Below are positions 37,623-47,223 of a stretch of 64,000 nucleotides of DNA, one piece after another. The stretch is from positions 127,123 through 191,122 of IMG/VR virus record IMGVR_UViG_3300042868_010004; one strand, 5' to 3'. How positions within the stretch are numbered: the stretch's first letter is position 1; each line of letters starts with the position of its first letter. The notes below the pieces were generated by a model. The model did not search any database. It was not told where the DNA came from and saw nothing but the letters and a program-made list of their open reading frames with translations. The translations under genes and the position numbers were made by a program. Source of the stretch: a virus.

Positions 37623-39551
37623 ATGAACCAACCGAAACCACTCTGGCAACTTGCATACAAATATCCAGTCAATCTCGCCGATTATCTCTCTCGCCCAAAG
37701 GAGGAATTGCATGACCCGTTTCTCTGGCAAAAGGAGTTCGAAGAGATTGTTTCCGACCGACTGACTTCCCTGACTGCCTCCACGGGCGCGGGCAAATCCT
37801 TTGCGGCCAAAATCGCGGCGCTGAACTGGGTAAAGACCCCATGTCGGAAGGCTATTATTGTCGTCCCCCAGTTACAGATTGGCCAAGAATTTCTCTCGGG
37901 GAATATCAAACTTTCGGACGGCTCAATTGAATATTTTACCTCGCAGAATCTTTGCGGGAAGACAACGGACGGGACAATCAATCAATTGTTGGATTTCATT
38001 TCGAATAAGAATCCAGAGTTGACCCCCGAACTTCGCATTATGGTTTGCTGCGCCCCGACTATCGCGAAAGCCTTTCAAAGGAATCCGAAAAAGAAGATTT
38101 GGTCCGGGATCAAACTAATTATTGACGAGGCCCACCATGTTTCAACCGGGGAAGACACGCGCGGGAATATGAATCCGAATGGACTTGGGGAAGTTTTTCT
38201 CTCCGTTCTGAAAAATCCCACGAATAGCACCCTTCTGGTTACGGCCACTCATTTCCGAACTGATGAATTGTCAATCATTCCGCAAGAATACATTAAATCC
38301 TTCCGTCATTTTGAAGTGCCGTTCTACCGCGTTCAGGAGGAATGCCGCTTTTGGAATAAGCAGATCAGTTTTGAATATGCGGTTTATAAAACAAATTTCT
38401 GGGACGCCCTGAAAGTCAGTTTCAATCCCAACTTGAAGACAATTATCTTCCTCCATCCGAAAATCTCCGTTTCGGGCGCGACATTTAAGGCGAATCAAGT
38501 CCGATTGGCTTTAGAATCCTTGGGGGAGATTGTCCGGGAGGATCGAGAGAATGGCTGTGTGATCGTGAAGAACGGGCAGAAGGAATTGATCGTGGCTGAC
38601 TTAGTAACTCAGAAACGCCAGAATAATGCCCGCGCCTTCATTACGAAAGTATCCAAAGAGGAGAAAACCTTCCGTGTGGATGTAATTCTTGCCTTAAATA
38701 TGTTTAAGGAGGGAAGTGATTACCCGCCATTGCAGCATTGCATTATCCATGATATCCGTAATTCTTATGGTGACATCATTCAAATGAGCGGACGGGTCAC
38801 TCGGGATTATACGGAGAAGACTTATTGTAAAGTCACCATGCTTCTGCCTAATGATTTGAGTATTACCGATGATGACGCCGCTGAAAAGTTGAATAATCAC
38901 CTTAAACTTATTGTTGGCTCTATGAGTCTCTCTAATTATTTCAAACCGATGTTCTTACGGGTGAAGAAGGAGCGGGTGAAAACGGATAATTCTGACCGAA
39001 CTTCTTACAATCCTCTTTCAATCCTTGGGGATGAGATCAAACAGAACGAGTTTAAGACAGATGCAATTAAACGATTCACCTCCTTAACTTTGGATAACCC
39101 CGAGGCGAAAAATTCTTATGAGGTCCGTTTGGGTCTTATGAATCAAGCAGTTAGGGAAGTTGGCGGGGTGCCGGATGGAATGGTGGCGGAAATCGCGGAG
39201 GATATCTTGACAGAGTGCGCGTTGATGATTAAGGCCCGCGATGGGGTGGTTGAGTTGGACGAAATTGACCATGAGTTTTTAAAAAGGGTTGACACCAGCG
39301 ATTTCATCTATCAATTTGTTACCGACTTGATGGGGCCGGTGGATATGAAATTATACAGGGATAAGATTGTTTATATGATGGGGATTAAAACGAATGATGA
39401 ATTTATGTATAATTGTTGGAAGATTTGGATTACGGCAAAGAAGAAAGGTCTGATTGCGGAATTGCCGGAGGGGGTGACGGAGGAGAAGATGATTAATTGG
39501 GTTCATAGGGCGAAAGCAGAGGGAAAAAAAGAAGGATATATCAAAGAATAG
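37623..39551 (+). CDS. SF2 DExH helicase/ATPase (type III restriction Res-like)
   Basis: TASTGAGKS, IVVPQ, IIDEAHH, VTATH, NMFKEGSD, QMSGRVTR. Confidence 0.88.
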   Translation: MNQPKPLWQLAYKYPVNLADYLSRPKEELHDPFLWQKEFEEIVSDRLTSLTASTGAGKSFAAKIAALNWVKTPCRKAIIVVPQLQIGQEFLSGNIKLSDGSIEYFTSQNLCGKTTDGTINQLLDFISNKNPELTPELRIMVCCAPTIAKAFQRNPKKKIWSGIKLIIDEAHHVSTGEDTRGNMNPNGLGEVFLSVLKNPTNSTLLVTATHFRTDELSIIPQEYIKSFRHFEVPFYRVQEECRFWNKQISFEYAVYKTNFWDALKVSFNPNLKTIIFLHPKISVSGATFKANQVRLALESLGEIVREDRENGCVIVKNGQKELIVADLVTQKRQNNARAFITKVSKEEKTFRVDVILALNMFKEGSDYPPLQHCIIHDIRNSYGDIIQMSGRVTRDYTEKTYCKVTMLLPNDLSITDDDAAEKLNNHLKLIVGSMSLSNYFKPMFLRVKKERVKTDNSDRTSYNPLSILGDEIKQNEFKTDAIKRFTSLTLDNPEAKNSYEVRLGLMNQAVREVGGVPDGMVAEIAEDILTECALMIKARDGVVELDEIDHEFLKRVDTSDFIYQFVTDLMGPVDMKLYRDKIVYMMGIKTNDEFMYNCWKIWITAKKKGLIAELPEGVTEEKMINWVHRAKAEGKKEGYIKE

Positions 39552-39556
39552 TCATT

Positions 39557-41071
39557 ATGGATTTGGAAATTTTAAAGAAACTTGACAAAGACCCAGATTG
39601 GGAATGGAGCGATCCTCGCCCCAAGAATAATACGAGACTAACAGAAGACCTAATAAAAAGCTGGGCGGAAGATTATCGGAGAATAAATGGGCGATATCCC
39701 GTTCTCAGTAGTTCTTCGGAGGTTATTCCCCCTGAGTATTTATTAAATTGGCGATCCATAAACGCATGTCTGATGCAAAAGTTAAGAGGTCTTACATTTG
39801 GAGGGTCTCTTTTTAAACTTTTACACCCAGAGCACAAAGGAAGAACACTTGAAGAGTATTTAAAATTAATTAAAGAAAACAAAATAAAAAACCAGAAACA
39901 TTGGTGCGAATTCCAATCCGATAATAATTATGACGGTTTGGGCTTTGTTCAAACCCCCTATACAAAACTTAATATATCTTCTAAAGAATGGGCTGAGATG
40001 GCTTTTGGTAAGGCCGTTAGAGGATATAGCGATTTATCTGTTAGAGATATTGTCGATTGGGCCAATGTTTTCAAGAGCAAACACGGGAGATATCCGCACC
40101 AAAGAGATTTGGACACGTCAATGATCCCTGAAAATTTTGGTATAAAAAAATGGGGACAAGTCGATCATTGCTTGCGAAAGGGCCACAGGGGCTTGCCAAA
40201 TGGTAAGAGCTTGGTTTATCTTTTTCGCCCTTCCCCGCTAGAGGGGGATAATTTTATTAACGAAATTAAACAGGTAGCTCTAAGTTTTTTTAAAAAAAAC
40301 AAAAAATTACCAAGTGTTACGGAAGACTTATCCCTCTCAGACGGTATAACTCAATGGAGAAGTGTCAGTCAGTATCTAAAACAGGGGCTTAGAGATACGA
40401 AGAGATTTAATTACAAAGGACTTAAAGATTTTTACAAGAAAGAATTAAGTGTTTGCGGCCAAGAAGCCGTGGAGGGAATTGTTAAACCTCCGCTTTGCCC
40501 TCTCTCGCTGAAAGAGTCTATAAAAAAATATATCGAAAAAGAAAAGAAGAGACCTTGGGCGCATAGTGATTTTTGTCATTCCGATGGAACAAGCTCAAGA
40601 AATATTGATAAATATCTTAGAGATGGGTTGCGTGGATTTTTGGGTGGGTCATCTTTGTCTAAACTAGTTGACGAAGTGGAGCTAGAAATGGAAAACAACA
40701 ACGAACTTCCCATTGGATATGCCACCAAGAAAAGCAAAATTTTATCCATTAGCGAAATAAAAAAAGAGTTAAAAGAATATATAATTCTGAACAAGCGCAA
40801 CGTAGAAAACTCTTCGTCAGATTTTGTTTTAAACGGCACAACAACCTCTCAGATAAAATGGGCGCTTCAGGAGGGGTTGCGAGGGCTTTCAAAGGGAGGT
40901 TCGCTCTCTAAACTCTCCAAAGAAGTAGAAGAAGAAATGCGTCAAGCCGGTGAATTACCCGAAGGGTATCAATCCGGGCGTCGGGCTCCGGCGAAGGTTT
41001 CTAAAAAGCCAGAGAAGACCCTTGACAAGTCTCTGAAAGAGGTTAATGATATATTAGAAAGTTTGAAATAA
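39557..41071 (+). CDS. repeat-domain (helicase-associated-like) protein A
   Basis: 5 copies of I..W...Y...G..P..W..I..L..GLRGL..GSSL plus one INT_rpt-like unit. Confidence 0.7.
   Translation: MDLEILKKLDKDPDWEWSDPRPKNNTRLTEDLIKSWAEDYRRINGRYPVLSSSSEVIPPEYLLNWRSINACLMQKLRGLTFGGSLFKLLHPEHKGRTLEEYLKLIKENKIKNQKHWCEFQSDNNYDGLGFVQTPYTKLNISSKEWAEMAFGKAVRGYSDLSVRDIVDWANVFKSKHGRYPHQRDLDTSMIPENFGIKKWGQVDHCLRKGHRGLPNGKSLVYLFRPSPLEGDNFINEIKQVALSFFKKNKKLPSVTEDLSLSDGITQWRSVSQYLKQGLRDTKRFNYKGLKDFYKKELSVCGQEAVEGIVKPPLCPLSLKESIKKYIEKEKKRPWAHSDFCHSDGTSSRNIDKYLRDGLRGFLGGSSLSKLVDEVELEMENNNELPIGYATKKSKILSISEIKKELKEYIILNKRNVENSSSDFVLNGTTTSQIKWALQEGLRGLSKGGSLSKLSKEVEEEMRQAGELPEGYQSGRRAPAKVSKKPEKTLDKSLKEVNDILESLK
41022..41050 (+). 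promoter_or_regulatory. sigma70-like promoter
   Basis: TTGACA-N17-AATGAT in 3' end of ORF. Confidence 0.5.
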
Positions 41072-41083
41072 AAGATAAAAACT

Positions 41084-41416
41084 ATGACAAGACAAGAAGA
41101 CTACATTCGGATATTAAAAGGCGAAATCAACAAAGAGGGTGACGAACAATTAATTTTTGAGTTAACGGAACAAGGTTTTATGACCGCCGTTTTTACTCAC
41201 GATGGCCATGGACAAGTAAATCATGTTATTATGCCCAAAAATACGATGAAGGGTTATTTGTATTTACATGAAGTCGAAAATTCAAATAAATGGATCTGTA
41301 AATACAAGGATTTCGCCTTGGTCTTGTTTGGCGCGTTCGTTCCTCTTTTGATCGTTGGCGCTAGCAAATTTGCGGCTTTTTGCTTCCGTGCCTTAAATGA
41401 ATACTTCAATTCTTGA
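41084..41416 (+). CDS. small protein with C-terminal TM helix
   Basis: KGYLYL wHTH-like end then ALVLFGAFVPLLIVGA. Confidence 0.65.
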   Translation: MTRQEDYIRILKGEINKEGDEQLIFELTEQGFMTAVFTHDGHGQVNHVIMPKNTMKGYLYLHEVENSNKWICKYKDFALVLFGAFVPLLIVGASKFAAFCFRALNEYFNS

Positions 41417-42299
41417 ACAGCTAGACCGTGACCCTAATTGGGAATGGAGCAATGTTAATTCCGATTTAAATTTAAACGAGGATTTAATTAAATCATGGGC
41501 GCAAGAATATAAAGCAAAACATGGGAAATACCCATCTTCGCTATCCAAAGAAGTGGAAATGATTCCCGATTGCTTTAAAATTAGAGGATGGAGAGCGCTG
41601 GACTCCTCTTTGAGGGTAGGCGGACGCGGTTTATCTGGAGGGTCATCTTTAGTTTTTCTTTTAGGGGGAAATAGAGTCAAGCAGAAAAACCTTTTGGTAG
41701 GAGAAGAATTAGTTCAAGAATTAAAGAAAAGTCTTTTGAATTTTAAAGAAAAAGAGGGCAAATTCCCTTCTCGATATTTAAGCGGCTCATTTTTGTCTGA
41801 TGGGTCAACACTAAAATCAATTGATCGAGCTTTTCAGCGGAGAAATAGGGGTTTGGATAAGATCGGGTGCAAAACCCTCTCGGACTTCATGAGAAAAGAA
41901 TTTGGCGAAGGGCCGACAGGAATTATCTTGAAGATTGATGATGTAAAAAAGGAGATTAGGGAATACATTCGGATTGGAAAAGAAAGATTGACGAGAAATT
42001 CTGTCGATTTTGCTTTATTTGACGGAACAAGCGCGGAAAATCTTAGGGGTTTGTTGAAATCTGGTTCGCGCGGCCTCCCCAAAGGCTCTTCCCTATCTAA
42101 ACTAGTAGATGAGGTAGAATCCGAAATGCGCCAAGCGGGCGAACTCCCCGAGGGTTATGTCGGAAAAGGAGAGAAAAAGGAGAAAACCGCCAGAAAGACA
42201 GATTCCTCTCTTGACAAAAAGGAGGAAAAGACGCAGACTGATTTCAGTCAACTGATAGAGTCGGTCTATGAAACATTGGGCTCTATAAATAACAGCTAA
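41397..42299 (+). CDS. repeat-domain protein B, paralogue of 39557..41071
   Basis: LEQLDRDPNWEWS start, 3 repeats, shared EMRQAGELPEGY tail. Confidence 0.75.
   Translation: MNTSILEQLDRDPNWEWSNVNSDLNLNEDLIKSWAQEYKAKHGKYPSSLSKEVEMIPDCFKIRGWRALDSSLRVGGRGLSGGSSLVFLLGGNRVKQKNLLVGEELVQELKKSLLNFKEKEGKFPSRYLSGSFLSDGSTLKSIDRAFQRRNRGLDKIGCKTLSDFMRKEFGEGPTGIILKIDDVKKEIREYIRIGKERLTRNSVDFALFDGTSAENLRGLLKSGSRGLPKGSSLSKLVDEVESEMRQAGELPEGYVGKGEKKEKTARKTDSSLDKKEEKTQTDFSQLIESVYETLGSINNS
42211..42239 (+). promoter_or_regulatory. sigma70-like promoter
   Basis: TTGACA-N17-CAGACT. Confidence 0.5.
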
Positions 42300-42312
42300 A
42301 ACAAACATTATT

Positions 42313-42882
42313 ATGTATTCCGATCATTTTGGGCCCGCCCTAATCAGTAACTTAAATTCATTATACAGACAATCACCCTCGGAATACCAAGAGCGAATCA
42401 ATGGTTTAATTGATCTGGCCAAACAGATGAATTTTAGATTCTGTCGTGTTGAAAACATTAGCAATGCCGATAAAAAATATGTTTCCGATTACGTTCTATC
42501 CCTTGGCTATAAATTTCGGATTCTGCCTGATGAAAATCAAGGTTATGTAGCCCTAGAAATATCCATTAAAACGCAAAACAAAATAAATCCTATGTATTCT
42601 GCACGAGAAGCCCGAATTAACTCATTAAAGGTCAAAAAGTTAAAGCGCCAACCTATCTTCGTAGATGGAGATGAAAGCCCCACTTTTGAATCTTCTGTCC
42701 AGAGGATTGCGGAACGTATCAATCAAGCGGTTCAGAATGGGGATGACTCCGTTCAACTCGGGCCGATTCAGGATAGACTGTATGACGGTATTACACGACA
42801 TATCGCCGGTTATGGATATAAGGTAGTCGGCATGTCTAGCCGCACTCTGATTGAAGTCTCTTGGCATTCAGCGGAAATTTAA
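42313..42882 (+). CDS. hypothetical protein with two similar halves
   Basis: MYS..LGYKF / MYS..YGYKV; second ATG 42592. Confidence 0.65.
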   Translation: MYSDHFGPALISNLNSLYRQSPSEYQERINGLIDLAKQMNFRFCRVENISNADKKYVSDYVLSLGYKFRILPDENQGYVALEISIKTQNKINPMYSAREARINSLKVKKLKRQPIFVDGDESPTFESSVQRIAERINQAVQNGDDSVQLGPIQDRLYDGITRHIAGYGYKVVGMSSRTLIEVSWHSAEI

Positions 42883-42927
42883 TTTTCTTTTAAATTTCGT
42901 TAGTAAACACAAAACAAATAAAATATT

Positions 42928-43293
42928 ATGCAATTAAACAATCAAATGTCAAAAAAAGAAAAGCACCAAAACGTTCTTCTGGAAGAACAAGAGCGAGAAT
43001 CACTAATTGAGGCAGTTGAATCTCTTTACAGTATTATGGCCAAATCTGCATTAGGGCCTGACGCAGATGAGGTGAAAATTATCTCGAAGGTTAATGATTA
43101 TCGGGGCCTCTACCTAAACCAATCTCTGGTTGACCTGACTTTGTATTTCTCTCGCGAGGATTTAGCGCCTTTTCAGGATGATTTAAATCATATCGAGCTT
43201 TGTCGCCTCATTGGTTATCTCTGCCAAGACCCAGATCGAACAAAGGTATTTCTTTCCTTTTTGGCTGAACTAAAGAAGGATCGCCGGTCTTAA
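42928..43293 (+). CDS. hypothetical protein, distant paralogue of 37045..37401
   Basis: EEQE..YRGL..N..DLTLYFSREDL. Confidence 0.7.
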   Translation: MQLNNQMSKKEKHQNVLLEEQERESLIEAVESLYSIMAKSALGPDADEVKIISKVNDYRGLYLNQSLVDLTLYFSREDLAPFQDDLNHIELCRLIGYLCQDPDRTKVFLSFLAELKKDRRS

Positions 43294-43316
43294 TCCTCTG
43301 TAATTATTTTCCGTTT

Positions 43317-43922
43317 TTGATCTTCTCCACCACAGAAAAACAACTCTCTCGGTATGAGACTATTATTAGTCCGTATCGGGAGTTTTTCGGGCGGAGCCTT
43401 CCTGCTGAAAAGCAATACTGGACTCTATCTGCCCAATGTTCGGAAGACGGAGGACTAATTTCAGAAAGTGAATTCAATCAAATTCTAGAAGAGGGGCTAA
43501 TTCAGCCAGATCAATTCCACGGGGTTGATACCGACAGAGAGGCCGTTATCCAGAATAAGAAGATCGGTTTCGGCAATTTCCACCATGGCGATATTTATTC
43601 TGTCATGGCAAATTTCCGAGGGCTGAATCCCGGAGTTGTGAATCTAGACTTACTCCGAACTTTTGAGACAGAGAAAGAACTAATCAAAAAGATGTTCCTA
43701 CTTCTATCCGGCTATACGGATTTCATCTTCAATATCAACGTATTGTTTTCCTCTCACAGAGTTTCCTATAGAGATCCGCAAGATATTCTCCGCGTTCTGG
43801 GTTCCGACCCTGATTTTTACAGAACTTTTACAAAGTATGATTGGGGCAGGCATTTGGTCGTTTATCCTTATAAGGGGATCGGCCCAAGGACAAAAATGGT
43901 CAGTCTGACTTTTCGGAAATAA
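43317..43922 (+). CDS. class I SAM-dependent methyltransferase-like protein
   Basis: TTG start; FHGVDTD, FHHGDI, VVNLD, terminal Y.G..T.M..F; motif I degenerate. Confidence 0.5.
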   Translation: MIFSTTEKQLSRYETIISPYREFFGRSLPAEKQYWTLSAQCSEDGGLISESEFNQILEEGLIQPDQFHGVDTDREAVIQNKKIGFGNFHHGDIYSVMANFRGLNPGVVNLDLLRTFETEKELIKKMFLLLSGYTDFIFNINVLFSSHRVSYRDPQDILRVLGSDPDFYRTFTKYDWGRHLVVYPYKGIGPRTKMVSLTFRK

Positions 43923-43941
43923 AAAACAAACAACAAAAACT

Positions 43942-44298
43942 ATGAATATACCAGAAAATTATTTTAACGAAAAATTAGTTTTAACAAGAAGCTTTTGCAT
44001 TGATTGGGATGAATATTTTGAGGAGGGCGAAAATATGAAAATTAGAGACGTATTCTCTCCGCGAGAGTTTAATTTTTCAGCCCGAGACAATGGTATTATG
44101 GTGCGGCTTAACGGAGTAAAAGTTTGTTCCGATTTTGGAGAAAATAAAAAAGAGTCGTTTTTCCCTTATCGCTGTTTTACTCCCCTTAGTCTGCTGAAGG
44201 GAATTAGCGCACAGACGAAGGAAAAATACGGAAGTTTCCCGACCTTAAAAGACAAAGGAAAAATTGGATATACCCAAAAAGCAAGAGGTGTATCTTGA
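43942..44298 (+). CDS. hypothetical protein
   Basis: Packed + strand ORF. Confidence 0.6.
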   Translation: MNIPENYFNEKLVLTRSFCIDWDEYFEEGENMKIRDVFSPREFNFSARDNGIMVRLNGVKVCSDFGENKKESFFPYRCFTPLSLLKGISAQTKEKYGSFPTLKDKGKIGYTQKARGVS

Positions 44299-44333
44299 CC
44301 AATTCGCCCTAACCTGATTGAATACCTTTTGAA

Positions 44334-44882
44334 ATGAATATCTTTTACCTTGATTCTTGCCCGGAAAAATCCGCCCGAATGCAAAATAACCGACATGCGT
44401 CTCGTATGCCGCTTGAGTCAGCCGGACTGCTTCTTTATGCCTTCCCAGACGGCGGCACGCCCTTTGATAATTCTCACAAGCGCGCCCATTACCGGCACCC
44501 AGCTTCAATTTTCACTCGTAATTCGCGGGAAAACTTTGAATGGGTATTAGAGCATTTTCGCGTTCAGCTAGACGAATATAAAATCCGGTATAAGCGCGAC
44601 CATGATTCAACCAAATATCTGAATTGGATTCAAAGTAACTATCCGTCTATTAGTTTCCCTAATACTGGCCTGACACCATTCGCCCGCTGTTTTGGCCCGT
44701 TCAAGGAAGAGTTAGATCGGACGGAGCCGGACACTATTCAAGCCTATCAAAAATTCTACATTTTGGATAAATTTACTTTCAGCCGATGGCCGAGTCTGGA
44801 AAAGATTGCGCCGTTTTGGCCAGAAAAATCTGAGAAATTCGTTGACAAGAACTTCAAAAACGGGCAATATGCAAAACGATAA
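44334..44882 (+). CDS. pyrimidine-dimer DNA glycosylase / endonuclease V-like
   Basis: MNIFYLD..HASRMPLESAGLL, HPASIF..NFEW, PFARCF, AYQKFY. Confidence 0.75.
   Translation: MNIFYLDSCPEKSARMQNNRHASRMPLESAGLLLYAFPDGGTPFDNSHKRAHYRHPASIFTRNSRENFEWVLEHFRVQLDEYKIRYKRDHDSTKYLNWIQSNYPSISFPNTGLTPFARCFGPFKEELDRTEPDTIQAYQKFYILDKFTFSRWPSLEKIAPFWPEKSEKFVDKNFKNGQYAKR
44842..44870 (+). promoter_or_regulatory. sigma70-like promoter
   Basis: TTGACA-N17-CAATAT. Confidence 0.55.
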
Positions 44883-44885
44883 GAT

Positions 44886-45188
44886 ATGAAAACCTACCAA
44901 AGAGCCAGTCAATCCTTCCCCGGCCTGAAAGCCGAGACGGAATTCAATCGAAAGTATAATTCGGCAAGTGCTGTCTTAAAGCGGATTGCTTTTAATTTCT
45001 CCGTCGTTTTTGCCCTGCCCGCCTTAGCTTTACTGATCAGTCCATACAGCAAAGCCACCGCGTCCGCCTTCTGTTATATCTGGTTCGGCGTGATTGTTTT
45101 CGGAATGCTTGTCTGCCGCCCTCCGGCGAATTATAATTCATATTCGGATTGGTTTGCGGATAGAAAGAATTGGTTTCAGAAATACTAA
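44886..45188 (+). CDS. membrane protein
   Basis: Two hydrophobic helices. Confidence 0.65.
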   Translation: MKTYQRASQSFPGLKAETEFNRKYNSASAVLKRIAFNFSVVFALPALALLISPYSKATASAFCYIWFGVIVFGMLVCRPPANYNSYSDWFADRKNWFQKY

Positions 45189-45202
45189 AATAAATACTCA
45201 TC

Positions 45203-46186
45203 ATGGAAACTAAAAAGAAACTCGCATTATCTGGACCTTATGCCGTTCAGACAATCAACGTCTGTGAAACCAAACACGGAATTTCAATTCTGAAGTTCGC
45301 CGGGGAAACCTATGGGAATAACCTCTTCCGCCCGAATACTAAATACCGACTGAATGATATTGAATTTTCCGTCCCCGAGGATAAAACCCAGTATCAATTC
45401 TCGGACAAAGTTAAGTCTGTCCAACAGCAAACCGAGAAAGTCTTCCTGATTGGGTATAAGAATGCGGAGACTGGGCACACCCTTTCTATTGAGGAATACG
45501 AGACAGAGAAGAACAACTTACTCTCCAAGAAGATAATTGACCCGGATGACGAAGATTTTACGGTTTGGCTGACTCTTGCCGACCGACAGAATTATGAAGC
45601 GTTCATTAAGTCTTGGGAGCAAGTCAGAGAGACTGAGATTGAATGGATTGATTTCAAGCTAGAATATTTTCAAATCACCCATTCGGATTATGAGGAGATT
45701 GTCCCGCTCTGGCAAATCGGCAAGCCGGTAGACAATCCGATGTGTCAATACAACCCCACTCCGGCCAAATGGTTTTCGGAGATTGCGAATGAACTGGGTT
45801 TTCAGAATGTCGGGGATGTAGATTATTCGGCCACGAAGGGATTTAAGTATTCATTCAGTAGTCACGGCGATTTACAATATGTAAAGATGAATGGGGCATA
45901 TCTTTACGGCTCAAATTCAAACGAGTGGAAGTTTTGGTCAAAGACTGATACCTATGAAAATTGTATTGCCGCCCTGAAAACGGATAAGGCCAGAATTCGC
46001 GCGAAGATTTCCCAACAGAAGCGTATTTTAGAGGAGTCCGGGTTGACAAAGAATGAAAGGGCGGAGGTTCTGGGTGAGCTGAAGAGTATTCAGGGTCGCC
46101 TTTCGGAAATTTCCGCCAAGGAAAAGAGTCGGACGGATCTTAATACGATTCGGAATAAAGTTCGGGAATTGATTGAAAAACTATGA
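45203..46186 (+). CDS. hypothetical protein with C-terminal coiled coil
   Basis: 327-aa ORF. Confidence 0.75.
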   Translation: METKKKLALSGPYAVQTINVCETKHGISILKFAGETYGNNLFRPNTKYRLNDIEFSVPEDKTQYQFSDKVKSVQQQTEKVFLIGYKNAETGHTLSIEEYETEKNNLLSKKIIDPDDEDFTVWLTLADRQNYEAFIKSWEQVRETEIEWIDFKLEYFQITHSDYEEIVPLWQIGKPVDNPMCQYNPTPAKWFSEIANELGFQNVGDVDYSATKGFKYSFSSHGDLQYVKMNGAYLYGSNSNEWKFWSKTDTYENCIAALKTDKARIRAKISQQKRILEESGLTKNERAEVLGELKSIQGRLSEISAKEKSRTDLNTIRNKVRELIEKL

Positions 46187-46368
46187 AACCAAACAAAGAA
46201 CAGATTGAAGCTCTGATTAACGACGGAAAATACGACGCGGCAGCAGTTGAATTTGCTGACCTGCATGGGATTCCAGCAAGTGAAGTCGCCTTGTTTGTCT
46301 CCCTGATAATCTCAAAAGAGCGCGCCGAAACTGAATTCGCCTACAAGGATATTGCCGAATTTGAATAA
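46183..46368 (+). CDS. hypothetical protein
   Basis: ATGA overlap. Confidence 0.55.
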   Translation: MKPNKEQIEALINDGKYDAAAVEFADLHGIPASEVALFVSLIISKERAETEFAYKDIAEFE

Positions 46369-46449
46369 ATTGTCGGGTATGAGACAAATAATGTCTTCCA
46401 AGATGGTTGGCGTATGGCGCGGACAAAAATGAAGCTTTTCCGATAATTT

Positions 46450-46695
46450 ATGAAAAATCAATCTAATCAATGGCCGCAGGCAGGTGAGAAAGTCATATTC
46501 AAGGGTTGTCCAGCGATGTATTACCCGCATTTCTTGAATATGCAAACCTTCTGCAAAGACAATCTGACTGTCGGGAAGGAATACGAGTTAAGCAGAGTTG
46601 AAATTCATTCATCATGGGTTTCTGTCTGGCTCGTTGGCTTCAAGGATGTCTTTCTGAATTGGTCTTTCTTCCGCCATGCCGACAAACCAGAATAA
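46450..46695 (+). CDS. hypothetical protein
   Basis: Packed + strand ORF. Confidence 0.6.
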   Translation: MKNQSNQWPQAGEKVIFKGCPAMYYPHFLNMQTFCKDNLTVGKEYELSRVEIHSSWVSVWLVGFKDVFLNWSFFRHADKPE

Positions 46696-46966
46696 ATCTC
46701 CGAATAAACTCTTGGTTGACTATCTGATCCATTCATACATTTACTATTCGAAAGGTACCTCCCTGATAACCGATTTTGAATTTGATTCAATCGCGCATCA
46801 ACTTCGAGATGTTTTTGATCGGGTCGATCATCCGCACAAAAGACTTGTAAATTTGGATTCCTTAAAAGTCACAACATCAGCTTTTTATATCACGGAAGAT
46901 CAATATCCGGGCATTGTTAAATCGGTGGCCGAAAAATTAATTAAGAAAGAAATAAAATTATGCTGA
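46676..46966 (+). CDS. stand-alone LigA domain Ia-like protein
   Basis: YLIHSYIYY..SLITDFEFD.IAHQL resembles LigA H.Y.YY..I.D.EYD.L. Confidence 0.6.
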   Translation: MPTNQNKSPNKLLVDYLIHSYIYYSKGTSLITDFEFDSIAHQLRDVFDRVDHPHKRLVNLDSLKVTTSAFYITEDQYPGIVKSVAEKLIKKEIKLC

Positions 46967-47223
46967 AATGGATTAAAAAACTATTTGAGCCTTCCGAGAC
47001 CAACATCTGGAAGACGGTCAAGACAGAGTATTTGCGTGAGGAGATTGATTGGGGGAATTGCCCCCAACAAATTCAGACTATGTATGTCTTTGCCGTGACC
47101 GAGTTCTGTCTGCTAACCGGGAAGACCCGGATGTTTGAAAAGAGAGATTTCTTCCCGCCGAAAGAATTTGACATCTTGGAGCAAACCCGTCAGAGTTTTA
47201 TTTTTAATCAAGCTAAAACATGA
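46960..47223 (+). CDS. hypothetical protein
   Basis: Packed + strand ORF. Confidence 0.6.
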   Translation: MLKWIKKLFEPSETNIWKTVKTEYLREEIDWGNCPQQIQTMYVFAVTEFCLLTGKTRMFEKRDFFPPKEFDILEQTRQSFIFNQAKT

